This document shows positions 13,760-28,944 of a stretch of 64,000 nucleotides of DNA, one piece after another. Made by a program: the position numbers and the translations under genes. The stretch lies in assembly GCF_009914755.1 (NCBI RefSeq), contig NC_060926.1. One strand, 5' to 3'. Numbering within the stretch: the stretch's first letter is position 1; the number at the start of each line of letters is the position of its first letter. The stretch comes from the human T2T-CHM13v2.0 reference genome, Homo sapiens. The notes below the pieces were generated by a model. The model was not told the origin of the DNA. It saw only the letters and a list, made by a program, of their open reading frames with translations, and ran no database searches.

Positions 13760-14449
13760 GTAAGTATTTAACTAATCGTCATTATTTTTGCATTGCTTGA
13801 GAGAAGTAGAGTTCGAAACATCATCTATTGATAGAATATAAGCATTTCTGAAAAAGTGGAAGTATGATTATTGTTCTATGAAACTAAACAATGCAGTGAT
13901 TTTGAAAACATTGCCAAGGTGATTTTTGTTGTTTAATTCTCACTGTTCTCTTTTGAAAGGCATCATTCTCTAGTTACTATAGCATTGTTCTGGTAGTGGT
14001 TTTAAACATTCTTCTCTCATACACACACTTTGGTTTTGAGTGTGACGAGGGGATTTAGTCAGACAGCATTTATAGACGTATTTGTACACCCGCTAACTAC
14101 GTGAACTTGTTGAACTCTGAGGAAATAGAATGGTCCTTTTTGCAAGGTGCTTGAATCTGATGAGATTAGCTGAATATGTAAAACGACTCTATTGACTAGT
14201 ATCTAAGGGAAAATTGAAAGATACTTCTATTACTAGCACATGGGTTATGGAACACAAGTTTGAAATAAAACATGATGTTAAAAAGCAATGGTGGTTTCAA
14301 AATTTAATGTAAACACAGCATATTTTTCTTCACCCTATCCTTACTTGAGCCATAAGCATTGTCTACAGGATAGGACCATTTGATTTTGTTCACTTGATTC
14401 CACACAGACCCCGATTTCCAGCCCGCATTGTGTTGTGCCTGCCACTGTT

Positions 14450-14628
14450 TCTCTGGATGCAGATGACCACTGCATTAGAGTAACTCTAAGTTTTTGTTGA
14501 AAATTCACATTCTGAGCACCCTTTCCAGCCCTAATCAATCACATTCTTTGGGGATGGAACTCTGGAATCTGAACTTTCACAAGCATCCCAGAGCATTCTT
14601 GTGCATCCTAAGTTTGAAAACCAGCACT
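14450..14628. mobile_element. MER5A-like hAT-Charlie element
   Basis: ggaatctgaactttcacaagcatcccagagcattct...aagtttgaaaaccagc terminus. Confidence 0.55.
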
Positions 14629-14940
14629 ATAGGCATTTGCCATCATTACCATTATTTTTCCTAATTCACAGCAGTTTCATTTTCTGCCCTACGTCAGTAC
14701 CTACGTATTTATAACTGACAAGTAAAATCATGTAGACTAAGTGAACAGGGTAAGAATATACAGCAACATTCTATGGGATTATTTATAAGGTTTTTTTTTT
14801 GGAGTTGGATAATCAAGAGCTGATTCGCTGATTTTTAATTTTCTTCATTGTATTATACACTATTTTCTTTCTGAGTACTTTATTTAAATAATTTTCTTTA
14901 ATCAAAGTGATACATGTCCACAGTTCAAGAAGTTGTATAA

Positions 14941-15375
<435 letters not shown>

Positions 15376-15988
15376 TCACCTTTCCTTTAAAGTTAAATGT
15401 ACCTTAAAATATGTTAACACTTTTACATAATTTAGAAGCCACCTTGGACTCCTAAGGTGCCCTCATTATTTTTTTACGGCTGCATGGTATTGAATTGTGT
15501 GGATGTGCTGTGATTCATTTAGCCCCTATTGATGGCTACTGGGGTTGTGTCTAGTCTTTTATTGTAAAACCACAATAAATAACATCATACATAATATGTT
15601 TTGTTGATTCTGAGATGTACTTTTTCACATTTTAACAAATCTTTTATATTGAAGTATAACTTGTAGTTGATGGCTTGTCATAGTTTAATTAATTTCATAG
15701 TGGTACATGAAATAATTATGTGTCTTACCATTGATGGAGCATCATTTTATATATATATATGTAGGTACCACTGGGATAGGTTTTCCCAGCAGAGAAATTG
15801 CTGGGTCAGGGTAAATACATCTGTAGTTTCTGTAGATAGACAAAATGCATTTTAATCTCATGTAGCCATAAACATACATCTTAAGTGGTCATTTTAGTCA
15901 TTTTATCCTAAATTATTCCTACTGAACCATAAAGGGATATCCTCCTTGATTTTTTTTTCATTATGTGATGATCATTAAATATTTATTA

Positions 15989-16126
<138 letters not shown>

Positions 16127-16403
16127 TTATTGAGTGGCTTTCATACCAAAGCCAGAGGTGGTGAGTTCTTAGGTAGTGGCCTTTTAAAATGTATAATTGT
16201 ATCTATACCTTCCCCTAGTGTTAACTTGGAAATGATGAAAGATCTTTTCTTCATTATTTTAATGATCATTATGAATATGTCATTTCTGGTGTTGGAGTTT
16301 CAGGGTATATGTTTTGGTGGAAGGTTATAGGCTGAGATGCCTTTGGAATAAAATCAGTTACTTTCTCAAGTTTTTTTTTTTTTTTCTCTCCCCTTTCCCT
16401 TAG

Positions 16404-16455
16404 GTCAAAATGTGGAGAAAGAGATGAATTATCCCCAAAGAGAATTAAAGTGGAG
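16404..16455 (+). CDS. NAB1: NAB1 coding exon 3 ((K)SKCGERDELSPKRIKVE)
   Basis: Long polypyrimidine tract + TAG| acceptor; GAG|GTATGG donor; 52 nt, phase 2 to 0. Confidence 0.94.
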
Positions 16456-16657
16456 GTATGGTCATATGTTACATTTTCTTATGCTGATAATGTTTGCTTT
16501 TGTTTTAAGATCAAGCAAAATCTTAACTAGTTCAGACAAAAAAGATGGTCCCATAAACTAGTGAAAAATGGCTTTCAATAAATCTTTTAAAAATATAGAA
16601 TTTTGTTACCTTGAAATACAATATTTACAGTAATTTGAATTAGCAGACCAAGGAAAA

Positions 16658-16804
16658 TTTTTTTAAACTTTTTTTTCATGTAGAGATGTGGTCTCGCTAT
16701 GTTGCCCAGGCTGGTCTTGCACTCAAACTCCTGGGCTCAAGTGATCCTCCCTCCTTGGCCTCCCAAAATTCTGGGATTACAGGTGTGAACCACCATGCCT
16801 AGTC
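16658..16804 (-). mobile_element. FLAM/Alu left monomer, antisense
   Basis: gtagagatgtggtctcgctatgttgcccaggctgg...gggattacaggtgtgaaccacc. Confidence 0.88.
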
Positions 16805-17389
16805 CCAGGAAATTCCTAAAAGAAAACTGTGGTGACTAGTCCAGTCAATTTATCAAAGGTTGATTTGCAATCAGTGTTTCTTACAGATTTAAAACTTCAC
16901 GGGTTAAACCATTCCTTTCATAGTTGTATTTACATCATTAGTCATCAAATACAGAGGAGCTAACTTTTCGTTTCTTTATATTAACTATCTAAGGGAAATG
17001 ATAATTTAGTAGCTATAAATTACAGAGACTTTACTGTAACTAAAGCCTCTTTTAGAGTGTCACGGTTGAGGCTGCTCTTTTGATTTTAGATTTGCAAGTG
17101 GTAAGGTGGGAGTTAAGAAAAACATACTTAGGACTCTCAGAACTATAGAATGGTTTCAGAACTATTGTTTCTTACAAATACTTTTTAAAAAGTCTAGTTT
17201 GCAGCAGAGTGGAAATCTGGTCAGGTGGCTCCTTCCTTTCTTTTTGTTTTAGGCAGGGGATGGAGGTCAGTGTTCTCTTAGCCATCCTATTATTTAATTT
17301 CAAGTTAAAGCAAATAATCTATGCTTGACCACCCTAAATTTCTGTCATCAGTTATATCTACAGAGTATCTATATGGCAGTAATCCTTTA

Positions 17390-17962
17390 TTCATATCAAA
17401 GCCAGAGTTATCTTATAAAAACATAAATCCCTTTCTTGCTTAACTCCTTTCAGTGGCTTTCTACTGTACCTGGAATAAAATCTAAACTTTTTTTTTAAAG
17501 GATCTAAGACCCCACATGATCTGACTGCAGCTTGCATCTCCTACCTTGTCTGCTGCCACACTCTCCATTCTTACTGTGTTCCAGCCGCACTGACTGACTT
17601 TCTGTTCCTGAACATGCCAAACTCATTTATGCCTCAACACTCACTGTTTTCCCCCTACCTAGACTTCTGTTTCTTTAGATGGCTTCAAGTCACAGCCGAG
17701 TTTCCCCTGACTTCCCTGCCTCCCTTTCTAAAGGGGCACCCTCTCCCCAAAATCACACTCAGGCTTATTCTCCTGGTTTGTTTTCATAGCATTCGCCAGT
17801 ATTTGAAACTGTTAGTTACTTGTTTTAAATTTATTATCAGTCTGCCCCATTAGATGAGAATAGGTCTCTTATCTGTGAATCTGCTGCTGTATACTTAGAG
17901 TTTGTAACAGCCTTGCACCTAATAGGCACTTAATAAAATCTATAGAATGAAATAATGAATGG
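17390..17962 (+). mobile_element. L2 LINE 3' fragment
   Basis: gtggctttctactgtacctggaataaaatctaaact...gcacctaataggcacttaataaa...gaatga 3' tail. Confidence 0.65.
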
Positions 17963-18071
17963 CTGCAGATAAGCATCTTTGACTTATAAACACTTTATCT
18001 GAAAGCAGTGGTTCTCAAGGAAGAGAAGTATTTTGTCAAAAACAAAAAGCCACATTAAAAAAAGAAATGTG

Positions 18072-18200
18072 GGCTGGGTATGGTGGCTCACACCTATAAT
18101 CCCAACACTTCGGGAGGCCAAGACAGAAGGATTGCTTGAGCTCAGGAGGTCGAGACCAGCCTGGGCAACATGGGGAGACCCTGTCTCTACCCCCAAAAAA
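18072..18200 (+). mobile_element. FLAM/Alu left monomer
   Basis: ggctgggtatggtggctcacacctataatccc...gagaccctgtctctac. Confidence 0.85.
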
Positions 18201-19749
18201 GTACTTATATTTGTAACCTACCTCACTGTTAGCTCTGGAATAATGTTTAAGATGGTTAACTCAGAAAATGTTGAAATTATCTAAAAGGCTACATTGAAAG
18301 ATGATATAACTAGTGAGATGTTTTATCTCTTGCTCCCCCAGATAACAGGTAACAGAGGGTCCTTGTGGATTTGGCTGTTAATGACTCACTGCCACTGAAA
18401 GGGAAAGGCAGGTGAACATAGAAACTGCTAAGAAGGCATGTGCCATTGGAGGATTGAGAGGAAAGAAAGCACAGAAACTACCCAGGGGCCAAAAAATTAG
18501 TTGCTAGGCTAGAAATATGTCTCTATCTATTTCTCACCATTGGCCCTAAGTGTGATCATGATTCAGGCTGCTCACATTTAAGCCACACTTGTCTAGCTTT
18601 AGAGGTCACTAAATATTGAAATTTGTGATCATGAATCTCATGGACTGTTTGAGCTGCAGTTGTTTCTTGATGAGTTTTATTGGTAAGTCTTTCTGACCCT
18701 CTCAGAGGCCTTGTATTTCATTACAGTGCTTTCAGTTTCTTATTAGAAGCACAAAGTGTTGGGCTGTAACATTAGATATGACCTTTCTGTTCCTTTAAAT
18801 ATACTCCACTAGAGATACTTGAGTTATAGTTCTATACGGTTAGTTTATTGGTTTACTGGAGGTCACAAAGCCACTTGAACAGCTCTGGATTCAAAATTAA
18901 GATAATCAGTGTTACTTTTCCCTGTGAATAACTCTTCTAACCCTTCCTAAATAAGACAAGCGACAATCGGCCCCAGGCTTCTTTAAATGCTTTTATAGAC
19001 ACTAGACTTTTGATTTTGTTTCCCAGAAATAAGTAGTAACTACACCTTTGAATTTAGGACAGTGGCTCACTTTTTTGTTGTTGGTTTGTTTTTAATTTTG
19101 TTCTGTTCCTCTTTCTTAAAAAGCACTTGTGTATTGCAGGTCATCAGTATCTCTTGAACGTGTGTGTGTCTTGTGTGTATGTATACCTACACATGTAGAT
19201 GGTGTAATCCTTTGCAAAATATATAGTATTGGTATGAATCCTTGTCTGTGCTGTACTATAAGTCAAATTTGAGATACCAGAACTATTTCCGGAAGCTGTT
19301 ATGAGGTAGATAGTACTGGCTGTATAAAGTTACCACTCCCTTAAAACTTTTCACCAAGTACTGGTGCTTTATGTCTACCTTCTATATGGCTTCTGGGGAG
19401 AGGGAGAATTTCTGGTATGAGAAGAGATCAGGGGAGACTATTGGGAAGGTGTAATTTGAGCTGGGTTTTTAAAAGAAGGGTAGAATTTCAAAAGGTAGCG
19501 ATGTGGGGAGGGGATTGGGGTGGCATTATAAAGATAGACTAGCATGGGCAAAGACAGAGGTAAGAAAATACTAAGCATGTTCAGAGAACAATAAGTTTGT
19601 CTAGGGAATGTGATTGACACAAAGGACCTCATAAATAAAACTAGAAAGAATTTAGAATTCTTTTAACATACTTTTTCTCTTATTTCATTTGAGTCTTTCT
19701 CTTGTGATTCTCAGCTTGTTATTTTCTATTTAAAGAAAGTAATATACAA

Positions 19750-20001
19750 GACTGAGCATGGTGGCTTATGACTGTAATCCCAGCACTTTGTGAGGCTGAG
19801 GCAGATGGATTGCTTGAGTCCAGGAGTTTGAGACCAGCCTGGGCAACATGGCAAAACCCCATCCTTACAAAAATTAGCCAGGCATGATGGCATGTGCCTG
19901 TAGTCCCAGCTAATCAGGAGGCTGAGGTGGGAGAATCACTGCACCACTGCACTCCAGCCCGGGCAACAGAGCACAACCTTGTCTCAAACAAAGGAAAAAA
20001 A
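19750..20001 (+). mobile_element. AluJ with right-arm deletion
   Basis: Both arms present; jump gagaatcact|gcaccactgc. Confidence 0.87.
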
Positions 20002-23000
20002 GTTTTTAAGTAACGTACAAATAAACTTAAGCTTAGCCCATTTTATAGTGTAACAGATTTCTAATTACAAGGCCCAAACTAATGAGACAAGTTTTTCTCT
20101 TTTTTCAAATCTTTAAGTGTTCTAAAATCCTTTATAACAATAAGCATATGTGCCACATTGCTGGCTTTTTCCATCTTAAAAACATAATTTTTACAGGGAA
20201 CAAAAAGAAATGTAATGTTGAGCAGATAAAATAAAATAACATCAAAATAATTTGACATGTAAAGGAAAGAGAAACATTTTTTTGCTTGTCATTATTAATG
20301 CATTAGGGTACACTAATACAAGTAGTGCTGTGTTCAAGCTCAGTAAGATCTTTCGTTCCTAAATACTGTGTTTTCCTGATCTATACATGAAGGCTTGGGT
20401 GGAATGAAGTTATAACTCATTGACTTGTCTGATTTTTCTACCTGGAAAGCTCTTATTTATGTAGTAGGTTGTTCCCCCTTAAAGGATAGTTACTTATTTG
20501 ATTTAAAAAAAAAATAGCAGTATACACATTGCATAGAAGTAATCAAGATAATCTGTTGTCCTTAAATAGTGTTCCTCCTTACAGGGTATGTTAAACATTA
20601 AAAAACAGATTTTGAACTTTAATTCCTAGAATATATGAGATGGACATGGAGAAAAAGATCGCCTGCTAGCTTAGGTGTGCCTTAAGGAACCTACCATTTG
20701 GAATGAAATCTCTAGGGAAACGTTTCTTCAGCTAGTTAGTAAGTGAGGTTGGAATCCTTCTGCTTAGACGGAATGAATAACATGTCCACTGGAACACAGC
20801 CCTCTGTGAGTCCACTTTCAGCTGAAATGAAAATAGATTTTGTTTATTCTTACTTATCTTTTGAATTAGATCTAATTAAATCTTCTCATTCTGGGGCAAT
20901 TGTAAAAATCGCTACTTTGTATTGCTTTTATTTTGTGTCAGTCCCTACTAGACATTTGGAATTCATTATCACAAACATTCTTGTCTAACCTATGTGGAGG
21001 CTTTATGATTTCCATTTTACAGCCAAGGAGAGACCCAGACAGGCTCAGTATCTTCACCTGTGTTGCCAAACTGCTATCCAGTAGCAGAGCCGGGGCTTCC
21101 TATCTATGTCTGATTCCTGAATGTCAAAGCAGTACCACCTTCCTAGGTGCTAATGATTATTCACAAAGCATCTTACCTGTGAAAAAAACACTATTGGGGT
21201 TATACCTTTCCTCCTAGTACCGTGTGAAGGGCGAAATGTGTGCAGGACTGGTAGTCTTTGAAAAGGGTGGATGGTGGCAGTTATTATTTTCTAATCCAAG
21301 AAATGTTATGTAGTAAACAGTTACAAGTTTTGAGTAGAAAATTTAACAATGTAAATTACAAAATATTTAAATATAAGAAATTTTCATTTGATATGCTGAT
21401 TGTTTATGAGTAAAAACCTTGTGTTGGGAAGATACACAGAGTAAATCAGAAAAATTAGTTTGATTTCCTTATGTCCTACCTATGAAAGAACATATTTAAG
21501 GTGGCTTGACAGCTCATTCAAGGGGATGAAAAATCAAGAGCCAAAGTCCCTGGCTCTCTTGTCTTCTCCTAAATTTTTTTAAATGTTAGTTAAAAGTGAA
21601 TTCAATTGGTAACCTTTCTTTTTCATTAAGAACACATTCAGTTCCATGAACAAATTTGTTATTAACTCCAATGTTATAAGTAACATCTTAGAAGGGAGGA
21701 AGGATATATAAAGCTACAGTCTCAGACCTGGTGATGGCAGCTGACTAACTGGACTGAGTGCTATTTCTCATTTGAGTTTTCTTCATTCGCTGAAATTGCT
21801 GGAGACTGGGCAGAGATGGGAAATGACAGCATTCTTGACCCTGTGGGAGTCAGAGGTGCAAAGCATTCAGAGATAAGTGGATGAAAGAAATGAGGTTTGT
21901 TAATAGAGCCCAGGAAGTCAGAGAACTGGGGCTTGAAGAAGAAAGACCTAAAGGAAACATCTGCTAGCAGTTCCAGCAAGGTGGGGGTGGGAGAGCAAGG
22001 AAGGGGGAGGAAAGAGGTTCAGAATATCCACCTACGCTGCTACTAAGCTTGTTGAAAAGAAAGCTGGTCTAATTTGACGTAGACTCTTCCCCTCTGGATC
22101 AGAAAAAACAGAAGCATTACAATATGCTATTCATACAGAAAGTGTGATTAGAAAAAAGGAAAATGCACATGTGGGGTTGAGAACATCTGCTGTAACAAGT
22201 CATCTAGAGACAGCTAAGCAGTGGCTTTAAAGCAGCTTGCTAGTGTTCGGCAGAAAGGATGAGGAGGCATGGGGATGGAGACCAATGGGATGAGAGTAAT
22301 TAGGTCATGCACCAGCCTCCGTCCCATAGCTTTTATTTTCTCAGTGATCAGACCCAGAGTCTCGTCAGCAAGGAAACACTGTGATTAATGGCATCAGCCA
22401 AAAATATGACATGGAGATAGATTGCTCATAGTATGGTGCAGCTAGCTGGTGCCTGGGAAACAAGCTTACGAGACATAACGAAATTGTGCACCACACATAA
22501 TGTGAAAGAGACCAGTTTCTTGGGAATGTTCTTACTTTCATTTCTAAGTCATATATTTTGGGGACCTTAAATCTACTTTATGTGACATGCAGTGATAGCT
22601 ACTCGATTTTGTAGTTTTTCCATCCACAGTGAACTGTCAAGACTGTAGGAGTAAATAATGACTAATGTGCTCAGTTGCAGAGAGATCACTGATTACTTTG
22701 GATAATTGTTATTTATTACTTATTTTAGGCTTTTATTTATCTTTATTAATGGTGGAATAGTGTCCATTTTCTAGCAACTTTCACATGTAGAGTTTGAGGT
22801 TCCCCCATCCAGCTTTTTCAGTATTCTCATGGTTGAATAATCCTGACTTTAGTGCCACCAGGTATTTGTATGGCAATGTGTACTTTTCCAAGGTTCACTT
22901 ATTTGCGTTACTTTATTTAATCCCCACAAACTTCCAGTGGGCAGATACACAGGTGGTGTAATCCTAATTTAAAAATTTGGATCACTGGAAATAATGAGGT

Positions 23001-23169
23001 TTACTTTTTTGCCTGAGATCACACAGCTGGTTCCTAATGTGAAATGCCTAGATCATACCTTTCTCCTGCAAGTTCTTCCAGAAACAGTATTGAGGCATTG
23101 GGGCTCATGGGGATTCTGATTGGTGCACTCCACTCAGATTCTGCTGATGAACTGATAACCCTCTAATCT

Positions 23170-23935
23170 GGGTCTCCAGCCTTGATTTTACCCCAAGCTC
23201 CAAACTCACTGCCCCTGCTTACCTGGCTTATCTACACACGGAGGTCTCACTAGCAAATGAGCTCAACCGAATTCATCAGTGTTCTGGCCCCTCCCAGACC
23301 TCGTGATCTTGAGTTCCTTATTCTAGAGAATGTCATAACCAAACTCTCAGTTGCCTTATTTCTGCGGCACCTGCCACTGTCCAGGGCTGGGCCTTCACCA
23401 GCAGCCCTCTAACCAGTGTCCCTGTCACCACCCTGAACTCCCCTCCTCCGCGTACATTCTCCCCATCACATTCACATGTGATGGGCTTTCTGAAATGCAA
23501 ATCCGATCAGTCTCTTCCCTGAGACTTTCAATGGCTTCTCTTTGTATTTAAGATAAGATCTAAAATTCTTAACATAGCTTACAAGGGCTTACAGAATCTG
23601 GCCCTGTGTTTCCACCTTCCCTCACCACTCCCTCTTTTTCAGTGTATATTGAATATTTTCCGGCTTCCCAGAGTGTGCCCTGTTCTTTTTGCCTCCAGGC
23701 ATCTGTACCAGCTGCTTTCTTTTAGAACTCTCAGCCTAGACACCCTGGCCTCTGGGATGCCTGCTCTGCCACAGCGCCCTCTGCTGTGCTCTGGGTCTCC
23801 GTCCATTTCCCTCCCTGGACTGTGTTGTCAGGAGCGCCTGAGGCATGGCCATCTTGTTTGACGTTGTATTCCCATATTGAGTACAGTGTATGAATCAGCT
23901 GGGTGGATGCGACATTTTTGTTGAATGTATAAACA
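23170..23935 (+). mobile_element. L2 LINE fragment
   Basis: ctttcaatggcttctctttgtatttaagataagatctaaaattcttaacatagcttacaagg, ending tttttgttgaatg. Confidence 0.6.
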
Positions 23936-24149
23936 CATGTTTCTAGATTTCCAGTGTTCTTTTCACTGAGATAGTTCCCCACGAATGTGCTTAATATTCT
24001 CTGGTTGATTTTAGTATTAAATGTTGAGTTCTTCCTTCTCTAAGATGTCTGTACTTTGTAATTGTCCATAAAATTTCTCTTTTTTCCCCAGTATGATGCT
24101 TTACTCTGATTAAATCTGGTGGCTTTTTGGATGAACTTAACAGATATCA

Positions 24150-24370
24150 GTAACAAACATTTATCAAGTAATTCCTATGGGCTAGGCACTGTGTTAAGTA
24201 TTTTTCATGAATTTTCTGCTTCCTTAAAATGATTCTGCAAGTTAAGTACTATTGTTATCCCCATTTTATAGATGAGAAAATAGACACAGAGAGATGAAAT
24301 AATCTACCCAGTATCACAGCAAATAAGTAGTAGAGTTGGGTTTTGAACTCTGCAAGTCATATAGTTAAAG
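24150..24370 (-). mobile_element. MIR SINE
   Basis: ggcactgtgttaag...tatccccattttatagatgagaaaatagacacagagag. Confidence 0.78.
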
Positions 24371-25559
24371 CCCGTCCAGCTTATGAAAAACAGAGCTATA
24401 ATTTCTGTTTATAGAAATGCCTGTGTTTTTGTGAGTTTCATAAAGGTAGTAACTCTGAATTTATGGACTGAGCATAGGCTTTGAAGCTAGCGTTGTAGCT
24501 GTAAAAAAAAGGAAACCCAGTCTTGTCTGTGATGAAGATTAAATGAAATAATGAACATAAAATATAGAACATAGGGACTGGTATATTGTAGACCCCTGGA
24601 AAATGATAACCGCTTATATTGAAGTTGTTCTAACTCTTCTACTAGCTTACCTCACTGAACTTGAGAACTTAAGCAGTTCCAGTGGGGTGGGGGTTTGCTA
24701 AAGAGAAAGTTGGATTTTTCAGTCTAAATAAATAAGAAAACTTATTTATAAGAAAACTGGAATGGCTAAGAAAAAGGGAACTTTGGATTTAGCTTGGACT
24801 GTATACACTTATATGAAGTTCATTTTAGCTTATTTTATGATTATGTTCCATACACATCTGTGAGCCAACATGGAAACCTAGAAGAGTGGCTATTTTCAAC
24901 ACTTCAAAAGTGCTAATTACATACTGGCCCATGATAAAGCTACATAGGACCATCTTAAGACGTTAAGTTTATTAGCTCTTGGCTCTATATCATGTCTTTG
25001 AATTTTAAAAATAGCAAATTAGTTATTACTTGGGGAATGTATTTTGATAGATAAAATATTTGAAAGAAATCTGCAGTGGAGAAATAATTTATTGAAAAGA
25101 CCCTGATGGGGGAAAATTTTTGAACCACTATCTTATATCCCAAATAAGGTAAAATATTTTGTTATTATTACATTATTCCATCTTTTTCTGCTGTGTATTG
25201 TAAGAACTTTGGTTTTTAAGGATTTGCCCTCTGCTGCAAATATATAGCTTATCAAAGAAGGGGAGAAATAATGTTTTGGAGTTTAATTGTAAATGCTAAT
25301 TTCTGTGAGGAGTCCTTTAGGAGGTTTCACTAAAGTTACTAAAACCATGCTGTCATGATATTTTGTAGTTATAATGATCATGAGCAATAAACAGTCAAAA
25401 AAAGAAAACCTTGAAAAAAGTAGGTGGAATACCAAGTATAAAATGGAAGTAATTTAAGTTGAAGTTTTATCCAGTGCCCCCAGATAGGCCCTATTTATTA
25501 TGGGAATTTAGTATGTATTGATATACTTACTTATTTAGTAATTATTACATGCTGAAGGC

Positions 25560-25740
25560 ATTATCTCACTTGCTTTATCTCATTTGGTCCTCACAACAAT
25601 CCTAATAGATAGGTTCTCCTATCCTCAATTTTCCTGTGAGGAAACTGAAGTTCAGAAAGGTTAAGTTACTCATCCGGTGGTCACATAGCTAGTGAGTGGT
25701 GACAGGCCTTTCGAATTCCAAAGCTCCATTTCCTGTCATA
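25560..25740 (-). mobile_element. MIR SINE
   Basis: tgaggaaactgaagttcagaaaggttaagt...tcacatagctagtgagtgg. Confidence 0.72.
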
Positions 25741-26393
25741 GGTTATGATAAAGGTGAAATCGCAAGCCAACATGAAGGAATCCTTGAGCAATTCAGGTTG
25801 GGATTATCGGTTAGCACTTTAAAGAACATTTAGTTTGGATCGTTAGCCACATTTCATGTAACAAAATTAATTTCAGATAGGTCAGAGGGTTAAATTTAAA
25901 AAACAAATCAAACTTTTAGAAAAATTAGAGGGTAGATTTAAGTACTGAACCAAATTTCTGAAGCAGAATTTCTCTAAACTTTATAGCAACAGTTGAAATC
26001 ACAAAATAAAAGTATGTACAACTATAGCATATAAAACAGGCATATAAAAATTAAATGATTTTTGAGTATCAAAAGTATAGATAAATTGGCATAAATTAAG
26101 AAAACAAGAATTCTTAGTGCTGACAAGGAAATTGTCATGTATTGCTTGTGGTATGATAAACTAGTAAAGGCCCTCTATAGGTTTAGCGAAAGTACATAAG
26201 GCACAAAAATATCATCTCTGCAGTAATTCTGCTTCTGGGAATCTTTTGTAGTAGATAATCTAAGCTATCGAAAATGCTATCTCCATGAAAATATTTTTGC
26301 AGTGTTTTTCATAAAACCAAAAATTAGGAAAAGAATAAAAAATGTCCAATGCGAGGATAGTGGCTAATCAAACCCCCCACTAGGTTAAATGTT

Positions 26394-26751
<358 letters not shown>

Positions 26752-27043
26752 TAGGTGAAATGTTATATAACCGTTATTATCAATGATCATAAAGCCTTCT
26801 TTCCAGTGTAAAACAATAGGAATGATGACATTTTTCATCTTATTTATGTTTCTACTGAGGTTACAGCTGTAGAAAATAATGTATGTTTCATAAAAGGCTG
26901 AAATGAAATATTTTATAACCATTAAAATCTTAATCATGATTATTCAGGTAGTGAGATTAAGAGTTTGCTTTATTTTCAAGTTTTTGATAATATTTTATTA
27001 TTTACAAACTCTAAATATAAAGGACTTCTTATTTGACCCACAG

Positions 27044-27133
27044 GATGGGTTTCCAGATTTCCAGGATTCTGTGCAAACACTCTTCCAGCAGGCTAGAGCT
27101 AAGAGTGAAGAACTTGCAGCTCTTAGTTCACAG
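27044..27133 (+). CDS. NAB1: NAB1 coding exon 4 ([30 protein letters not shown])
   Basis: CACAG| acceptor; CAG|GTAACA donor; 90 nt, phase 0-0; visible within ORF 26903..27142. Confidence 0.94.
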
Positions 27134-28781
27134 GTAACATAAACTCCCAGTTATTACTCCATGATAGTATCTGAAGGTTAAAAAATAAATGACTACTTCA
27201 ACTAGCTTCAGTTTTAAGTATCTGAGGCCTGACTTTTTATTTCCGTTTGTTTTTTAAAACGTCATCTGAGCCACAGCTGTATCAACATGAGAGCAATAAC
27301 AACTTGGTTTGATTCAGTTTATGAACGGAATCTGATATGGTGCTACTTATTTATTCTTGTAGTTTTGTAGGAAGTGAGACAGATTCTCTGCTCAAGAAAA
27401 CTTAAACAGTTTGATAATCAGGAAAACCAGCCATGTTGACCATGGCTGTGTGTAATGCAACTCTGAGATAAAATAATACTAGTTCTCAATAAAATATTAA
27501 TAGTCAACATTGTAATTATTGTTAAATCTTTTAAATTCATATTTATTGAAAAACTATTAAATGAATATGTGGCTTCAGGTGCTTTTGCCATTAAGTTATT
27601 TAATTTTGTCTGTATACTGAAATTAAAATTTTAAAATGCTTTCTGCAAACATCATCTTTTAGAAAGCACTGTAAACTTTTATTCCTATTGAACAGCTTCT
27701 TTGTAATAAGTTGCTTTTGATCAAATTTAGTACTGCTAAGTTTTGTTTTTTTCATGTTAGGATGAAAAATACATTTTTTACCTCAGATATGCTTATTTAA
27801 ATTTTGTCAATTTAGTAACAAGTTCAAATGAAATGAAGTTGTAGTTACTTTTGATTTGGTTTATATGCACTCAGAAAAATAGTGTGTTTATCATGTTTAT
27901 TCTGTGAATTAATATATTTTACCTACTGATTTTTACATTGTGAATCAGGGCATTTTGTAACCAATTTTATATAGCAGCTTTCTTGTCCTACTCTCTTATA
28001 TAGCATGGTAGTGATTCATATCTGTGCATTTTGACTATTATCTCCTTGGCAAAATACCACAAATACACTGCTCTGAATATCACATATAAGTAATTTAGAG
28101 CAGTGCATTGAAAAGGAACTTATAAAACACATACAGAGATAAATTTATATGTCAGTTGACTAATTGTATATTTAAAATATGCCTTTTTATGATTGGTTGG
28201 GAAATACTGCAGTTTCATTTCATGATGAAGGTAAAGATGCTTATTGGCACTGATGTTTTTCTGCATAATTTACATTGTTTAATTTTAGTGGGAAGTGTAT
28301 TTGTCTTGTTCTTCTAGACAGCCGTTTTACACCTTTTCTCCCCCAAACATATTGTCATCATATCAGAGTCTGTGTACTGCCAGATCCTAAAATAAAAATG
28401 CCAAGATTTCGCCCCAAGTGTTAGAAGTAGTTTATAGCAGATGTTGCTGTTGCTTTTAGATTTCTGTTTTAAAAAATCCTTTAAAGGACTTAGTACCTTG
28501 GAAAACAAAGCTAAGGTTATGTTGCTTTTGAGCTGACATGGAATTCTCTTGAAAGAATTGAGAAGAAAGCTTTTATCTTTTGTACAATATCCAGCCTTTT
28601 ATGTTTTAACATGATGATATAGACATCTATGCATATTTATGGAATTTGTATACCACATGAAGTGTGAACTAATTTTAATGAATACTAAATATATTTGCTG
28701 GAGTCTGAAATTGGCATCTTTAAACCATTAAAAAATCTAGAATGTTTCAGTTACTGATTTGATTTTTGCTTTACTTACTAG

Positions 28782-28944
28782 CAGCCTGAAAAGGTGATGG
28801 CAAAGCAGATGGAGTTCCTTTGCAACCAAGCTGGCTATGAGAGACTGCAGCATGCCGAGAGGAGGTTGTCTGCAGGGCTTTACAGGCAGAGCTCAGAAGA
28901 GCACAGTCCTAACGGCTTGACTTCCGATAACTCAGATGGACAAG
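28782..28944 (+). CDS. NAB1: NAB1 coding exon 5 ([54 protein letters not shown])
   Basis: TAG|CAG tandem acceptor; AAG|GTACAT donor; 163 nt, phase 0 to 1. Confidence 0.94.
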
